Part shown: one piece after another, positions 19,759 through 30,704 of the stretch
How the letters are laid out: each line of letters starts with the position of its first letter
Numbering within the stretch: position 1 is the first letter of the stretch
Assembly: GCA_965237805.1 (NCBI GenBank)
Contig: OZ250153.1
Location: 640,001-704,000 of the forward strand
DNA length: 64,000 nucleotides
From: Gammaproteobacteria bacterium
GTDB lineage: Bacteria > Pseudomonadota > Gammaproteobacteria > JABABF01
Direction of reading: 5' to 3'
The notes under the pieces: model-generated
Databases searched by the model: none
Told to the model about the DNA's origin: nothing
The model's input: the letters and a program-made list of their open reading frames with translations, nothing else
Position numbers and translations under genes: made by a program

Positions 19759-21285
19759 TCAGCGCACCGACACCACTTGCGCTGCGGCGATGTGCTCGCG
19801 CCATGCCATCGGGCCGCTCTGGTGCACCGAGTCACCGCGACTGTCCACCGCCACTGTCACCGGCATATCGCACAGCTCAAACTCCCGTATCGCCTCCATG
19901 CCCAGCTCGGGGAAGGCCAGCACCCGCGCCGACTTGATCGCCTTCGCCACCAAATAAGCCGCCCCGCCAATGGCGATCAAATACACCGCCCGGTGACGGC
20001 GGATCGACTCCACCGCCGCTGGCCCGCGCTCCGCCTTGCCGATCATCCCCAGCAAGTCGGTATGCTCGAGTAGTGCATCGGTGAATCGATCCATACGGGT
20101 AGCGGTGGTCGGCCCGGCCGGCCCCACCACCTCGTCGCCCACCGGGTCGACTGGCCCGACATAGTAGATGAAGCGGCCATCCAAATCGACGCCCTCTGGC
20201 AATGCCTCGCCGCGCTCCAGCAACTCGATCAGCCGCTTGTGGGCAGCATCGCGCCCAGTCAGCAACTTACCGGACAACAACAATGTCTCACCGCTGCGCC
20301 ACTCGGCGATGTCCTCGCGCCTCAGAGTGTCCAAGTCGACGCGTCGCGCCCGCGCTCCCGGCGTCCAGCTGATCTGAGGCCACTCGTCCAGCGAAGGCGG
20401 CTCTTGGAACACTGGCCCGCTACCGTCCAACACAAAACGCGCATGCCGCGTGGCGGCACAATTGGGGATCATCGCCACTGGCAACGAGGCGGCATGGGTG
20501 GGGTAATCCAATACTTTGACATCCACCACCGTACTCAGTCCACCCAAGCCCTGCGCGCCGATGCCCAGCGCGTTGACTCCATCCATGATCTCCAAGCGCA
20601 GCTCCTCGGCGCGGTTCGACGCCCCGCGCTCGCGTAGCTCGTGCATGTCCACTGGTGCCAGCAGAGATTGCTTGGCCAGCACCGCGGCCTTCTCTGCCGT
20701 GCCGCCGATACCAATGCCCAATATCCCGGGAGGGCACCAGCCAGCCCCCAGCGTCGGCACCGTCTCTACCACCCAATCGACAATGTTGTCGCTGGGCTCG
20801 AGCATCACCAATTTGGCCTTGTTCTCAGAGCCACCACCCTTGGCCGCCAGCTGCAATTCGAGCTGATCTCCGGGCACCATCTCACAGTGCACCACGGCCG
20901 GAGTGTTGTCACCGGTATTGCGCCGCGCCCCGGCGGGGTCATCCAGAATCGAGGCGCGCAGCACATTGTCTGGCTGCAGGTAGGCGCGGCGGACACCCTC
21001 GCTGATCATTGCTTCCAAGCTCATCTCGGCATCCCAACGCAAGGCCATGCCGACACGTGCAAAGGCGACGACAATGCCGGTATCTTGACAGATTGGTCGG
21101 TGCCCCTCGGCACACATGCGCGAATTGACCAGTATCTGCGCCATGGCGTCGCGCGCCGCCACCGACTCCTCGCGCTGCCAAGCCTCGTGCACGGCGCGAA
21201 TGAAATCCAACGGATGGTAATAAGACATGAATTGCAGCGCGTCGGCCACGCTGTCGATCACATCTTGCTGGCGGATGACTCGCAT
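19759..21285 (-). CDS. fumA: Class I (Fe-S) fumarate hydratase
   Basis: RPICQDTG, KGGGSEN, GWCPPG, CAATRH, GRDAAHKR, AGPTTATRM. Confidence 0.93.
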   Translation of the reverse strand: MRVIRQQDVIDSVADALQFMSYYHPLDFIRAVHEAWQREESVAARDAMAQILVNSRMCAEGHRPICQDTGIVVAFARVGMALRWDAEMSLEAMISEGVRRAYLQPDNVLRASILDDPAGARRNTGDNTPAVVHCEMVPGDQLELQLAAKGGGSENKAKLVMLEPSDNIVDWVVETVPTLGAGWCPPGILGIGIGGTAEKAAVLAKQSLLAPVDMHELRERGASNRAEELRLEIMDGVNALGIGAQGLGGLSTVVDVKVLDYPTHAASLPVAMIPNCAATRHARFVLDGSGPVFQEPPSLDEWPQISWTPGARARRVDLDTLRREDIAEWRSGETLLLSGKLLTGRDAAHKRLIELLERGEALPEGVDLDGRFIYYVGPVDPVGDEVVGPAGPTTATRMDRFTDALLEHTDLLGMIGKAERGPAAVESIRRHRAVYLIAIGGAAYLVAKAIKSARVLAFPELGMEAIREFELCDMPVTVAVDSRGDSVHQSGPMAWREHIAAAQVVSVR

Positions 21286-22176
21286 CTACGGGTTGTTGTC
21301 TGTGGGCATCACTGCCTGCAAGCCAGCATCGTCGGCATCATCGTGCTGTGCTGGGATGCCGACCCGATTGACCAGCAGCTGTTGCATGCGGAAGAGGCGG
21401 TCGTTGACTTGGCGCCGGTAGGCGTTAATGCCCTCGATCCACTCCTCGTTCAATGAGATGCGGCGTTCGAGTGCTGTCATGCTCTGTGCCAGCTGCGCCA
21501 GCTGCTCGCTGACCGTGCGCAGATTAGCCCGCACAGTACTCAGCGAGGCGCTCAAATCGCCACTGTCGCGGCTCGACTTCTCATCGACCGCCTCGCTGCG
21601 CACCGTCATGGTATTGAGCCCTTCGCGCAAAGATTTCGACTCCGCCGCCAACACATCGACACGCTGCTTCCACTGTTGATCTTGACTCTGCTGGCGGCGG
21701 GCGAGCTGCTGGTTCTGCTCGGCGACACTCTGCTGGCGCTCCACCAGCTGCTGCTGTCGCGCCACCAGCTGCTGGTGACCCTGATCGATGTCCGCCAGCC
21801 GCGTCACCAGTGTTTTCAACTGCTGCTGGGAAGCGGCCTGATTGGCGATCAGCTCGTCCAGCTGGCCGCGCAGCCCCTTGCTGTGTTGGCTGATGTCGAT
21901 ATGCGTGCTGCTGAGGCTTTTGCGCACCGACTCCAGCGCCTTATCCTGTTGCAGTAGCCGCACACTGGCCTGTTGCAGATTGTCCCAGAGCCAGTAGCCA
22001 CCTGCTCCTCCAACGGCTAAAGCCAGCAGTAGCAACAAGCTGAGCCACCACCCGACAGCGGATGAGCCGCCGCCACTGGCGGCAGGGCGACGGCGACCAA
22101 CCCGACGATAGGAACCCCGCTCCCCCGCATTGGGGATTAGGCTGGGAACCGCTTCTTTACTGTTTTTATCAGACAT
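21286..22176 (-). CDS. Membrane-anchored coiled-coil protein of unknown function
   Basis: Basic N-terminus, one TM helix, long Q/L-rich heptad region, C-terminal I.AYRRQVN. Confidence 0.75.
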   Translation of the reverse strand: MSDKNSKEAVPSLIPNAGERGSYRRVGRRRPAASGGGSSAVGWWLSLLLLLALAVGGAGGYWLWDNLQQASVRLLQQDKALESVRKSLSSTHIDISQHSKGLRGQLDELIANQAASQQQLKTLVTRLADIDQGHQQLVARQQQLVERQQSVAEQNQQLARRQQSQDQQWKQRVDVLAAESKSLREGLNTMTVRSEAVDEKSSRDSGDLSASLSTVRANLRTVSEQLAQLAQSMTALERRISLNEEWIEGINAYRRQVNDRLFRMQQLLVNRVGIPAQHDDADDAGLQAVMPTDNNP

Positions 22177-22283
22177 GACGGCAACTGCGCCAAGACTGCG
22201 GCGGATGAACGGCTAGAGAATTGCTATCCGACAGCTGAACAGGGATGAACCCACCGCAAGCCATAGACTACCGGACAAAGGGC

Positions 22284-22955
22284 TCAGCTCAACAGCTCGG
22301 CGATCAGCGCCAGCACCAAGGTCAGCACAAAGCTAGCGATGATGACTTCTTGCACCGAAGTGATTCGAATGCGGGCGGGCGTCCCTCGCACAGCGTTGTA
22401 CTCGAGCGCCAAGATCAAGAGAGTAGCGAGCCATGTAGCTGGTGCCGTGTCCATCAGATTGTAGGCACCGTCGCCGCCACCATGCGCAGAGGCAATCATA
22501 AACAGCAACATCGGCACCGAAAACAGGGTGTTGTGCCGAGAAGCACAGCCCGCGCGCGCTAGAGCCTCAGGCGCAGCTTCCAAACCAGCTTGACCCTGCT
22601 GCAGCTGGGAAGCGTTTTCGATAACGATCTGCTGGTTGGGCCAGATGATGAACCACACATTGATGGCCATGAGTGTGCCGAGTAGCGTACCGAGGTAGAT
22701 ATACAGGCTCCAGCCCGGCCAGCTCAGCGCCAACAGCACAGCACCTGTCAAGAAAGTGAATGCGGCAGCCCAACGGAACCACCACAGGGCTTTGGGCACC
22801 AATTTGACCAGCGCATCGCCCTTGGCGGCGGCCTCGGCCTCTTTGAAATACTCGGTCTGGACAAAATTGAAGTAGTAGAGCAGGCCGATCCATGCAATAC
22901 CGCACAGCACATGTAGCCAACGTAATATCATGTCGGGATCGTTAAAGATGCTCAT
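22284..22955 (-). CDS. Urate hydroxylase PuuD-like membrane protein (no cytochrome c domain)
   Basis: RWLHV..GIAWIGLLYYFNFVQ, ALWWFRW, NVWFIIWPNQ, SRHNT..S.PML.FM. Confidence 0.8.
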   Translation of the reverse strand: MSIFNDPDMILRWLHVLCGIAWIGLLYYFNFVQTEYFKEAEAAAKGDALVKLVPKALWWFRWAAAFTFLTGAVLLALSWPGWSLYIYLGTLLGTLMAINVWFIIWPNQQIVIENASQLQQGQAGLEAAPEALARAGCASRHNTLFSVPMLLFMIASAHGGGDGAYNLMDTAPATWLATLLILALEYNAVRGTPARIRITSVQEVIIASFVLTLVLALIAELLS

Positions 22956-23176
22956 AATCCACTCCTAGGGGAAGTTCGTATGAAAGGAACACATTGTTGC
23001 TATATTGTAACAGAATATCGCCTCGCTCACCACGAGTGATCAAGCGATGCGATCAGCATCAGGATTGCGGGCAGAGATGCCAAAAACTACTGTGGGCAGA
23101 TTTCCGAGCTGCTGCTGCTGGCTGCCCGGTCGCAGTGGGATAGCGATGGATGGGGATGCCGCCACCATACGAAAAT

Positions 23177-23209
23177 GGGAGCAGACGGGTGCGCTACCCG
23201 TCTGCTCCC
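23177..23209 (-). terminator. Intrinsic terminator-like hairpin downstream of groEL
   Basis: 14-bp stem GGGAGCAGACGGGT-gcgct-ACCCGTCTGCTCCC, followed by ATTTTC on the minus strand. Confidence 0.7.
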
Positions 23210-23236
23210 GCCACCGCAGGGGAAAGCGGCTGGGCT

Positions 23237-24886
<1,650 letters not shown>

Positions 24887-24999
24887 TTACTGTCCTCTGC
24901 GGTTAGCTACGGTTGTACTGTTTCATGCCGCCACACACGATCAAGTCGCATGCGCCGGTGTTTTTTGTTTTCAAGAGAAGATTTTGTGCCCGATCGACT

Positions 25000-25293
25000 T
25001 CAGTCGACTGTGGCGTAGATCTCGTCTTCGCGCATGATGATCAAGTCTTCGTCATCATCATCCTGCACTGTGTTGCTGTCAGCGTACTTGCCGAAAATCA
25101 CGGTGTCACCGACCTTGATCGACAGCGGTCGCCGTTCGCCACTGTCGAGGTAGGCACCTGGCCCCACCGCCACCACTTCGCCCTGATTGGGCTTCTCCTT
25201 GGCGCTACCCGGCAAAACGATGCCTCCGGCACTGGTTTCCTCTTCTTCTTTACGACGCACCACCACACGGTCGTGCAAAGGGGTAATCTTCAT
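25000..25293 (-). CDS. groS: Co-chaperonin GroES
   Basis: [27 protein letters not shown]. Confidence 0.98.
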   Translation of the reverse strand: MKITPLHDRVVVRRKEEEETSAGGIVLPGSAKEKPNQGEVVAVGPGAYLDSGERRPLSIKVGDTVIFGKYADSNTVQDDDDEDLIIMREDEIYATVD

Positions 25294-25437
25294 GCCCATC
25301 AGTTGTTCTCTCCTGGCGCTATAAGTCGGCTATTGTGAACGCTGCGTCAAGCCCGGGGCGGCACCAAACCACCCAGCCAAGCTGTTCCCAGTGGCGGGGC
25401 ATCCCCCTGTAGGAAGTGCCATCGCTGGATACTGCTA

Positions 25438-25466
25438 ATATGGGGACGGTCTTATCAAAAATCAAC
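25438..25466 (-). promoter_or_regulatory. sigma32 (RpoH) heat-shock promoter of groESL
   Basis: GTTGAT-N15-CCCCATAT on the minus strand, matching the CTTGAA/CCCCATnT consensus. Confidence 0.7.
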
Positions 25467-25551
25467 CCCACATCAGCAATCGGATAGTGACCAGCGTGTG
25501 GGGCGGGACTCAGAAGTCGCGGGGAAAGCGCGTTGCAGGGGGCGCAATAAC

Positions 25552-26310
25552 ATGGAGCTGAAGGACAAGAAAATCGTCGTCACCGGTGCCGGGCAGGGGC
25601 TGGGAAGAGCCATCGCCATCGCGTTGGCCGCGCGCGAGGCGCAGCTGGCGCTGGTGGACTTGGACGCCGAAGCGCTGCAGAAGAGCGCCGAGTTGTGCCG
25701 CCGCGCTGGCGGCGGTGCCAGTCACTATATCGTCGATGTCAGCGCTGAAATGCAGGTGGACGCACTGTTCTCGGAGCTCGCCGAACAGGGGCCACTACAC
25801 GGCTTGGTCAACAACGCTGGCATCATACGCGATGGTCTGCTGGTGAAGGTCAAGGACGGTGCCATGGAGGGACGCATGAGCTTCGCCGACTGGCGCGCGG
25901 TCATGGCGGTCAATTTGGACGGTGTATTCCTGTGCGGTCGTGCGGCCGCCACCCAGATGGCGCTAAACGGCACAGCGGGGCTGATCCTCAATATCACCAG
26001 CATCTCCCGCGCTGGCAACATCGGGCAGAGCAACTACGCAGCAGCCAAAGCTGGTGTCGCCGCACTGACCACAACTTGGGCCAAGGAGTTGGCTCGCTTC
26101 GGTATCCGTTCCGCCGCCATCGCCCCCGGCGTGATCGAGACCAGCATGGTGGCGGCGATGAAAGACGATGCCCGCGAACGGCTGGTCGCCAGCATCCCGC
26201 TCAAACGCCTCGGCAACCCTGAGGAGATCGCCCACACGGCGGTCTACCTATTCGAAAACGACTATGTCAGCGGTCGCGTGATTGAGGTGGACGCCGCACT
26301 CAGGCTGTAG
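25552..26310 (+). CDS. SDR family oxidoreductase (FabG-like)
   Basis: TGAGQGLG, NNAGI.RD, NYAAAK. Confidence 0.92.
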   Translation: MELKDKKIVVTGAGQGLGRAIAIALAAREAQLALVDLDAEALQKSAELCRRAGGGASHYIVDVSAEMQVDALFSELAEQGPLHGLVNNAGIIRDGLLVKVKDGAMEGRMSFADWRAVMAVNLDGVFLCGRAAATQMALNGTAGLILNITSISRAGNIGQSNYAAAKAGVAALTTTWAKELARFGIRSAAIAPGVIETSMVAAMKDDARERLVASIPLKRLGNPEEIAHTAVYLFENDYVSGRVIEVDAALRL

Positions 26311-26335
26311 CCTCGGGGGGAGCCCTCCCCAACCT

Positions 26336-27709
26336 TCAGCCCGAACTACGGCTTTGCAGCACTCGCTGAATCGGGCCGCGTTGCCACAGTAGCAATGCGA
26401 TACTCGGCAGCACCAGCAGGGCTGTCAGCAGGAAAAACAAGGGCCAGTCGCCGCCCAAACCGTCGACGATGAAACCCGAGCCAGCCGCCAAAGTCGTACG
26501 CGAGAGATTGCCGAGCGAGGCCAAGGCGGCGTACTGGGTGGCGGTATGACCACGCTGGCACAGATGGGAGAGGAAAGCGACAAAGGCCACCGTGGAGACA
26601 GCGGTAGTCAGCTGATCGGCAATCACCGCCACACCGAATAGCCAACGCTCTGGATACCAAGCCAAGAGGGCAAAAAGCAGGTTGGTGACCGCCATCGCAA
26701 CGCCCGATAGCAGCAAGCCCCGCAACAGGCCATAGCGGACACTGATCAAGCTGCCAACGACGGCAAACAGGCAGTAGCTAATGGTGCCAAAGCCCTTGGA
26801 ATAGAGCGCGATGTCGCCTTTGGAAAAACCGACCTCAGTGTAGAACAGCAGCGACATGCGCCCCAACATCGCCTCGCCGATCTTGAATGCGAATACTGCC
26901 ACCAGCAAGATGCAGGCGAGTTTGAAACCGTGCTGGCCGAAGAAAGAGCGCAGGGGGCTAAGGTAGGCTTGGACGGCGCGCGCGGCGAGCTGCCGCCAAG
27001 CGCGGTCTGTAGCAGGGGTGGTGGTGGCGGTGGTGCCAGAGTCATCCCGCGCTGGCTCCGGCACCACCGCCAGCATGGCACAGGCCAGCAGCGCGCTGAT
27101 CCCAGCTGCCGCCAAATAACACCACAGCCAATGTTCCCCCGTTGCCAGACGCTGCTCCAGCTGACCCGCCAGACCGAGTAACAGCCCCCCCAACAGCCCG
27201 TAGCCACCCCACCAACCGGACACCGCCATCGCAGCGCCACTGGCCAAACGCTGCGGCTCGGCATCGCCCACCAACTCGATACGCAGCGCATCAATCGCCA
27301 CATCTTGGGTGGCACTGGCGATGGCGATACCCAGCGCGGCGATGGCCATCAGCCACAGATTGCCTACCGGATCCAAGGTTGCCAGCCACAGCACCAGCGC
27401 GAAGATCAGCAGCTGCATCAGGGCGATCCAGCCACGGCGCTGGCCGTAGCGGCGCAATAGCGGCGGCGGCGCGGCATCGACCAGCGGTGCCCACAGTAGA
27501 TTGATGGCGTAGACCGCGAACACCGCGCCGAACAAGCCGACCTGGCTGCGGCTGAAGCCGGTCTCCTGCAACCACAGTGTCAACAAAGAGCCGATCAGCA
27601 CCCACGGAAAGCCGCTGATTGCGCCTAGCAGAAAGATCTGCGGCATCAGCGGGCCGCGGTAGGCCGCCAGCGAGCTGCGCCAACTAATGACCGCTGTGGC
27701 GGAACTCAT
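26336..27709 (-). CDS. ampG: AmpG-family muropeptide MFS permease
   Basis: GAISGFP, LWAPLVD, GQRRGWI, SATQDVAIDALRIE, TATQYA. Confidence 0.85.
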   Translation of the reverse strand: MSSATAVISWRSSLAAYRGPLMPQIFLLGAISGFPWVLIGSLLTLWLQETGFSRSQVGLFGAVFAVYAINLLWAPLVDAAPPPLLRRYGQRRGWIALMQLLIFALVLWLATLDPVGNLWLMAIAALGIAIASATQDVAIDALRIELVGDAEPQRLASGAAMAVSGWWGGYGLLGGLLLGLAGQLEQRLATGEHWLWCYLAAAGISALLACAMLAVVPEPARDDSGTTATTTPATDRAWRQLAARAVQAYLSPLRSFFGQHGFKLACILLVAVFAFKIGEAMLGRMSLLFYTEVGFSKGDIALYSKGFGTISYCLFAVVGSLISVRYGLLRGLLLSGVAMAVTNLLFALLAWYPERWLFGVAVIADQLTTAVSTVAFVAFLSHLCQRGHTATQYAALASLGNLSRTTLAAGSGFIVDGLGGDWPLFFLLTALLVLPSIALLLWQRGPIQRVLQSRSSG

Positions 27710-27870
27710 CGCCTATGCCGCCAGCGCAGCAGCAAATGAGGACACCCTATCGCCAGCTGTGACAGCACTGCGCCAAATACAGTTCAGACAGCCGTGTCGA
27801 TGAAGATTGAAACGCGGCCTGAGCGAGCCGTATCAAGTGCCACGGCACCGCCGCAGGCCATTGATCTCGA

Positions 27871-28503
27871 TCAGCGGGGGGGCGGCGGCGATGAGGGAAA
27901 CTCCACGAACAGGCGACCGGATGGGTCGCGCCTCAGGTAGGGGGAGGCAGCCTGCTGAGCCTTGAAAGCGGCGCGATTGGCCGCCTTGTCCCCAACCACC
28001 ACCGGCACGGCGAAAGCGCGCGCCAGCATCGCCCGGCCAGCGGCATCGTACTCCTGGGCGACGACACCAAAATGCAGATTACCCGCACGCTTGGCATGGA
28101 TTGGCAGTTCCCAGCGGTGTACGGGCTGCGCTGCCGAATAGTAGAAGACTTGGCTGGCGATGCCCGGAGTGGACAGCTCCTCAGGCAGATTCGCCCGCAC
28201 TTCCATGCGCCCCGCCGTGTGTTGGCTCTGCAGTTCCAAGACCGCCATCGCCGTCTCGCCGACACGGAGCGAGGATGGCAGCTGATAGCGCAACTCGATC
28301 GGCGCACCAATCTTGCGATGTTGCCCGACACGAGGTGCCAGCTGGGCACGCATCACCAGCTCGGCACCCGTCGTGCCCGTCGCAACGGTCGCATGGCTAG
28401 GCTGCGGTGCAGGCACCGAACGCCCCCCCCCGCGCGTCACCGACACATAGCCGACAGCCATCGCCACGCACAGTGCCAATCCCAATACCGCTGCGTTTTT
28501 CAT
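27871..28503 (-). CDS. Exported hypothetical protein (beta-sandwich-like), partner of the upstream lipoprotein
   Basis: GAGG RBS; MKNAAVLGLALCVAMAVGY signal/anchor; alternating beta-strand pattern (KIGAPIELRY). Confidence 0.7.
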   Translation of the reverse strand: MKNAAVLGLALCVAMAVGYVSVTRGGGRSVPAPQPSHATVATGTTGAELVMRAQLAPRVGQHRKIGAPIELRYQLPSSLRVGETAMAVLELQSQHTAGRMEVRANLPEELSTPGIASQVFYYSAAQPVHRWELPIHAKRAGNLHFGVVAQEYDAAGRAMLARAFAVPVVVGDKAANRAAFKAQQAASPYLRRDPSGRLFVEFPSSPPPPR

Positions 28504-28535
28504 CTCATGCACCTCAGTGACTTCCAACCACCGCC

Positions 28536-30500
28536 TCAAGGACCCGACGCAGTGACAGCGTAACAAGTGTTGCCAGTCCCCTGCGCCCTCTCAGGCGATT
28601 CATAGAGTTCCATCACATGGGTGCCGCCAGCCGAACTTTCAAAACTGAAAGTGCCGTTGTTTAGCCGCCCACAAGACCCGCCCCCGAAAGAGCTCAGGGT
28701 ACAGTTGAACGAGCCGGTTTGGCTGAGCAGTAGAACAGAACTCGTTCCACTAGGCAGTGGGCCACCGCTACTCAGCTGAGTCTGGATGTTGTAAGTGGCA
28801 CCAGCAACCGTGTCGATGCGGAAGAATCGGCGATTGGACAGTTTGTTGTAAGAGCCAAATGCCGTGCTGATGCAGGCCGTGGTCGTCGTTCCCGAGCTGC
28901 TCGGAGTCAATACCGTGTACACCGGCAACACATCGGTACTGCCCGCGCTGTTGGTCTCGTTGCTGCCATAGGCATCGATCGCAACAGAATTGATATTCTG
29001 GTCGGACACCAAAGTGTCGATGGCCGCCGCCTGAGACGGCTGCTTGGCTTTGAGCGCAGTGATGAAAGTGAAGATGGAGTTATAGGGGATACCCGTCCGG
29101 TGCTCATTGACCAGCACATCGTAGAGCGGTGCCAAGCCGAGTGTCACCGTGTCGAGACCCACTTCATCTTGGGCATCGAATAAATCGTAGATGATATAGA
29201 TCACAGAATCCTCATTAAACCAACCTTCTACCGCACTGTTAGCGCCACTGATGGTCTCAACACTGAAAGAGAAGCCACTAGAGGGAATCGAGCTGTCGAA
29301 GTAGATAGTCTCACCGGACATCATGGCACTCAGTGCGGTGGCTACACCCTCGCCAAAAGCAACGGTCATATCCAAACGGTCGCTGGAGCCGTGCTCCCCA
29401 CCGATACTATCGCTACGCGACACAGTCCCTTCAAAATGGTGCCCGAACTCATGCAGAATGACCGGGGCATCATACTCATCTGTATCCTCAAGCGGAGAGC
29501 CGAGTAGCGTGATTTGGTTATCGACGTAATAGGTGCCTCCCACCTCGCCAGCCGTGGCATCGCCAAATACCGAACTATTGCTGGCACTCCACCGCACGGT
29601 GAACGGTGTGATCGCAAGGCCACTAATGGCTGTGACAAGACTCTGCATCCCGCCGTATAGCGTGTCCAAAATGGCAAAGGGGGCAGCGGCACGCACCCCT
29701 GTATAAGCAGTGCCGTCCCAGCCTGAGCCAGCGTGCAGATCAAGCGTCAAGGCCACAGCACCCGAGCCCGTCGTGACCACCACAGCTGTCATGGGGCTGA
29801 CAAGGGAGTACATGGCATTGTTTTGGGTATTGTCAAGCACCGCCACATTCCACGAAGGTGTGCTGACCAGCTGCGCCAAAGCGCGCAACTGCACCGACCG
29901 TACCGACAACGATACAACTGCTGCGCCAATAGAATAGCTGCCACTGCTATTGGTCTGCCCGCTACCCAACACCACGCCACTGGCATCGACCAGTTCCACT
30001 GTGGCACCGCGCACGGGGGCGCTGATGATGCCCGCATAATTCAAAGCACCCGAGGCAGAAGCGGGGATGCGATCGTAGCTGAACTGCCCCGAGACAGACA
30101 ATGTATCGGGCTGGCAGGGGGCATTGGGATCAGAGGGGGAAAGAGTGACCGTGGTGTCGGCAAAGAGACTAGTCGTGCCATTATTCACTGTCAGTCGAAA
30201 GACCAATTGCCGTGGACAGCCCGAAACTCCGAGCAGGGAGGGATCGGCATAAAACAATGCCGTCGCTTGGTTGGCATTGCTCAGGCTGACCACAGGGGTA
30301 CCCAGCTGCGTCCACTGATAGCTCAGTGTGCCACTGGGACTGGTACCGCTGCCATTCAACATCACATCGCCGCCGACATTGGCCGTTTGAGCTGCCCCGG
30401 CGTTGACCGATAGCTGGGACGAGGCGTTATTGTCGCTGCCGCCGCAGGCACTGATCAGGGCGAGGCTCGCCAACAACAACGAAGCGCGCAGAGGACGCAT
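28536..30500 (-). CDS. Lipoprotein with PKD-like domain and HExxH zinc-metallopeptidase motif
   Basis: Lipobox LISA|CGG; NAGAAQT..LNGS..LSYQWTQ (PKD/REJ-like); DTDEYDAPVILHEFGH; AFGEG. Confidence 0.8.
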   Translation of the reverse strand: MRPLRASLLLASLALISACGGSDNNASSQLSVNAGAAQTANVGGDVMLNGSGTSPSGTLSYQWTQLGTPVVSLSNANQATALFYADPSLLGVSGCPRQLVFRLTVNNGTTSLFADTTVTLSPSDPNAPCQPDTLSVSGQFSYDRIPASASGALNYAGIISAPVRGATVELVDASGVVLGSGQTNSSGSYSIGAAVVSLSVRSVQLRALAQLVSTPSWNVAVLDNTQNNAMYSLVSPMTAVVVTTGSGAVALTLDLHAGSGWDGTAYTGVRAAAPFAILDTLYGGMQSLVTAISGLAITPFTVRWSASNSSVFGDATAGEVGGTYYVDNQITLLGSPLEDTDEYDAPVILHEFGHHFEGTVSRSDSIGGEHGSSDRLDMTVAFGEGVATALSAMMSGETIYFDSSIPSSGFSFSVETISGANSAVEGWFNEDSVIYIIYDLFDAQDEVGLDTVTLGLAPLYDVLVNEHRTGIPYNSIFTFITALKAKQPSQAAAIDTLVSDQNINSVAIDAYGSNETNSAGSTDVLPVYTVLTPSSSGTTTTACISTAFGSYNKLSNRRFFRIDTVAGATYNIQTQLSSGGPLPSGTSSVLLLSQTGSFNCTLSSFGGGSCGRLNNGTFSFESSAGGTHVMELYESPERAQGTGNTCYAVTASGP

Positions 30501-30704
30501 GGCAGCTAGGCGCATCTGCTCAAGCCGCGACTTAGAGCTTGCGCAACTGACATTTCGCCAGCTTTCCACACCCTGCAGATACAACCTATCCATCTTAGTC
30601 ATTCTAGCCATAACAGCCAGCTACGGCAAGTAGCGGCGCATGCTGGCGAGACCGGTAGCCAGCAGGGAATACGCCGAATTGCAGCAGGCGGCAGACCAGT
30701 CCAC

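Noticed and set aside
21670-21790. CAG-rich quasi-repeats in the coiled-coil gene as a contingency locus
   Set aside because: They are imperfect heptad-coding repeats (QQLVARQ/QQLVERQ), not a slippage tract.
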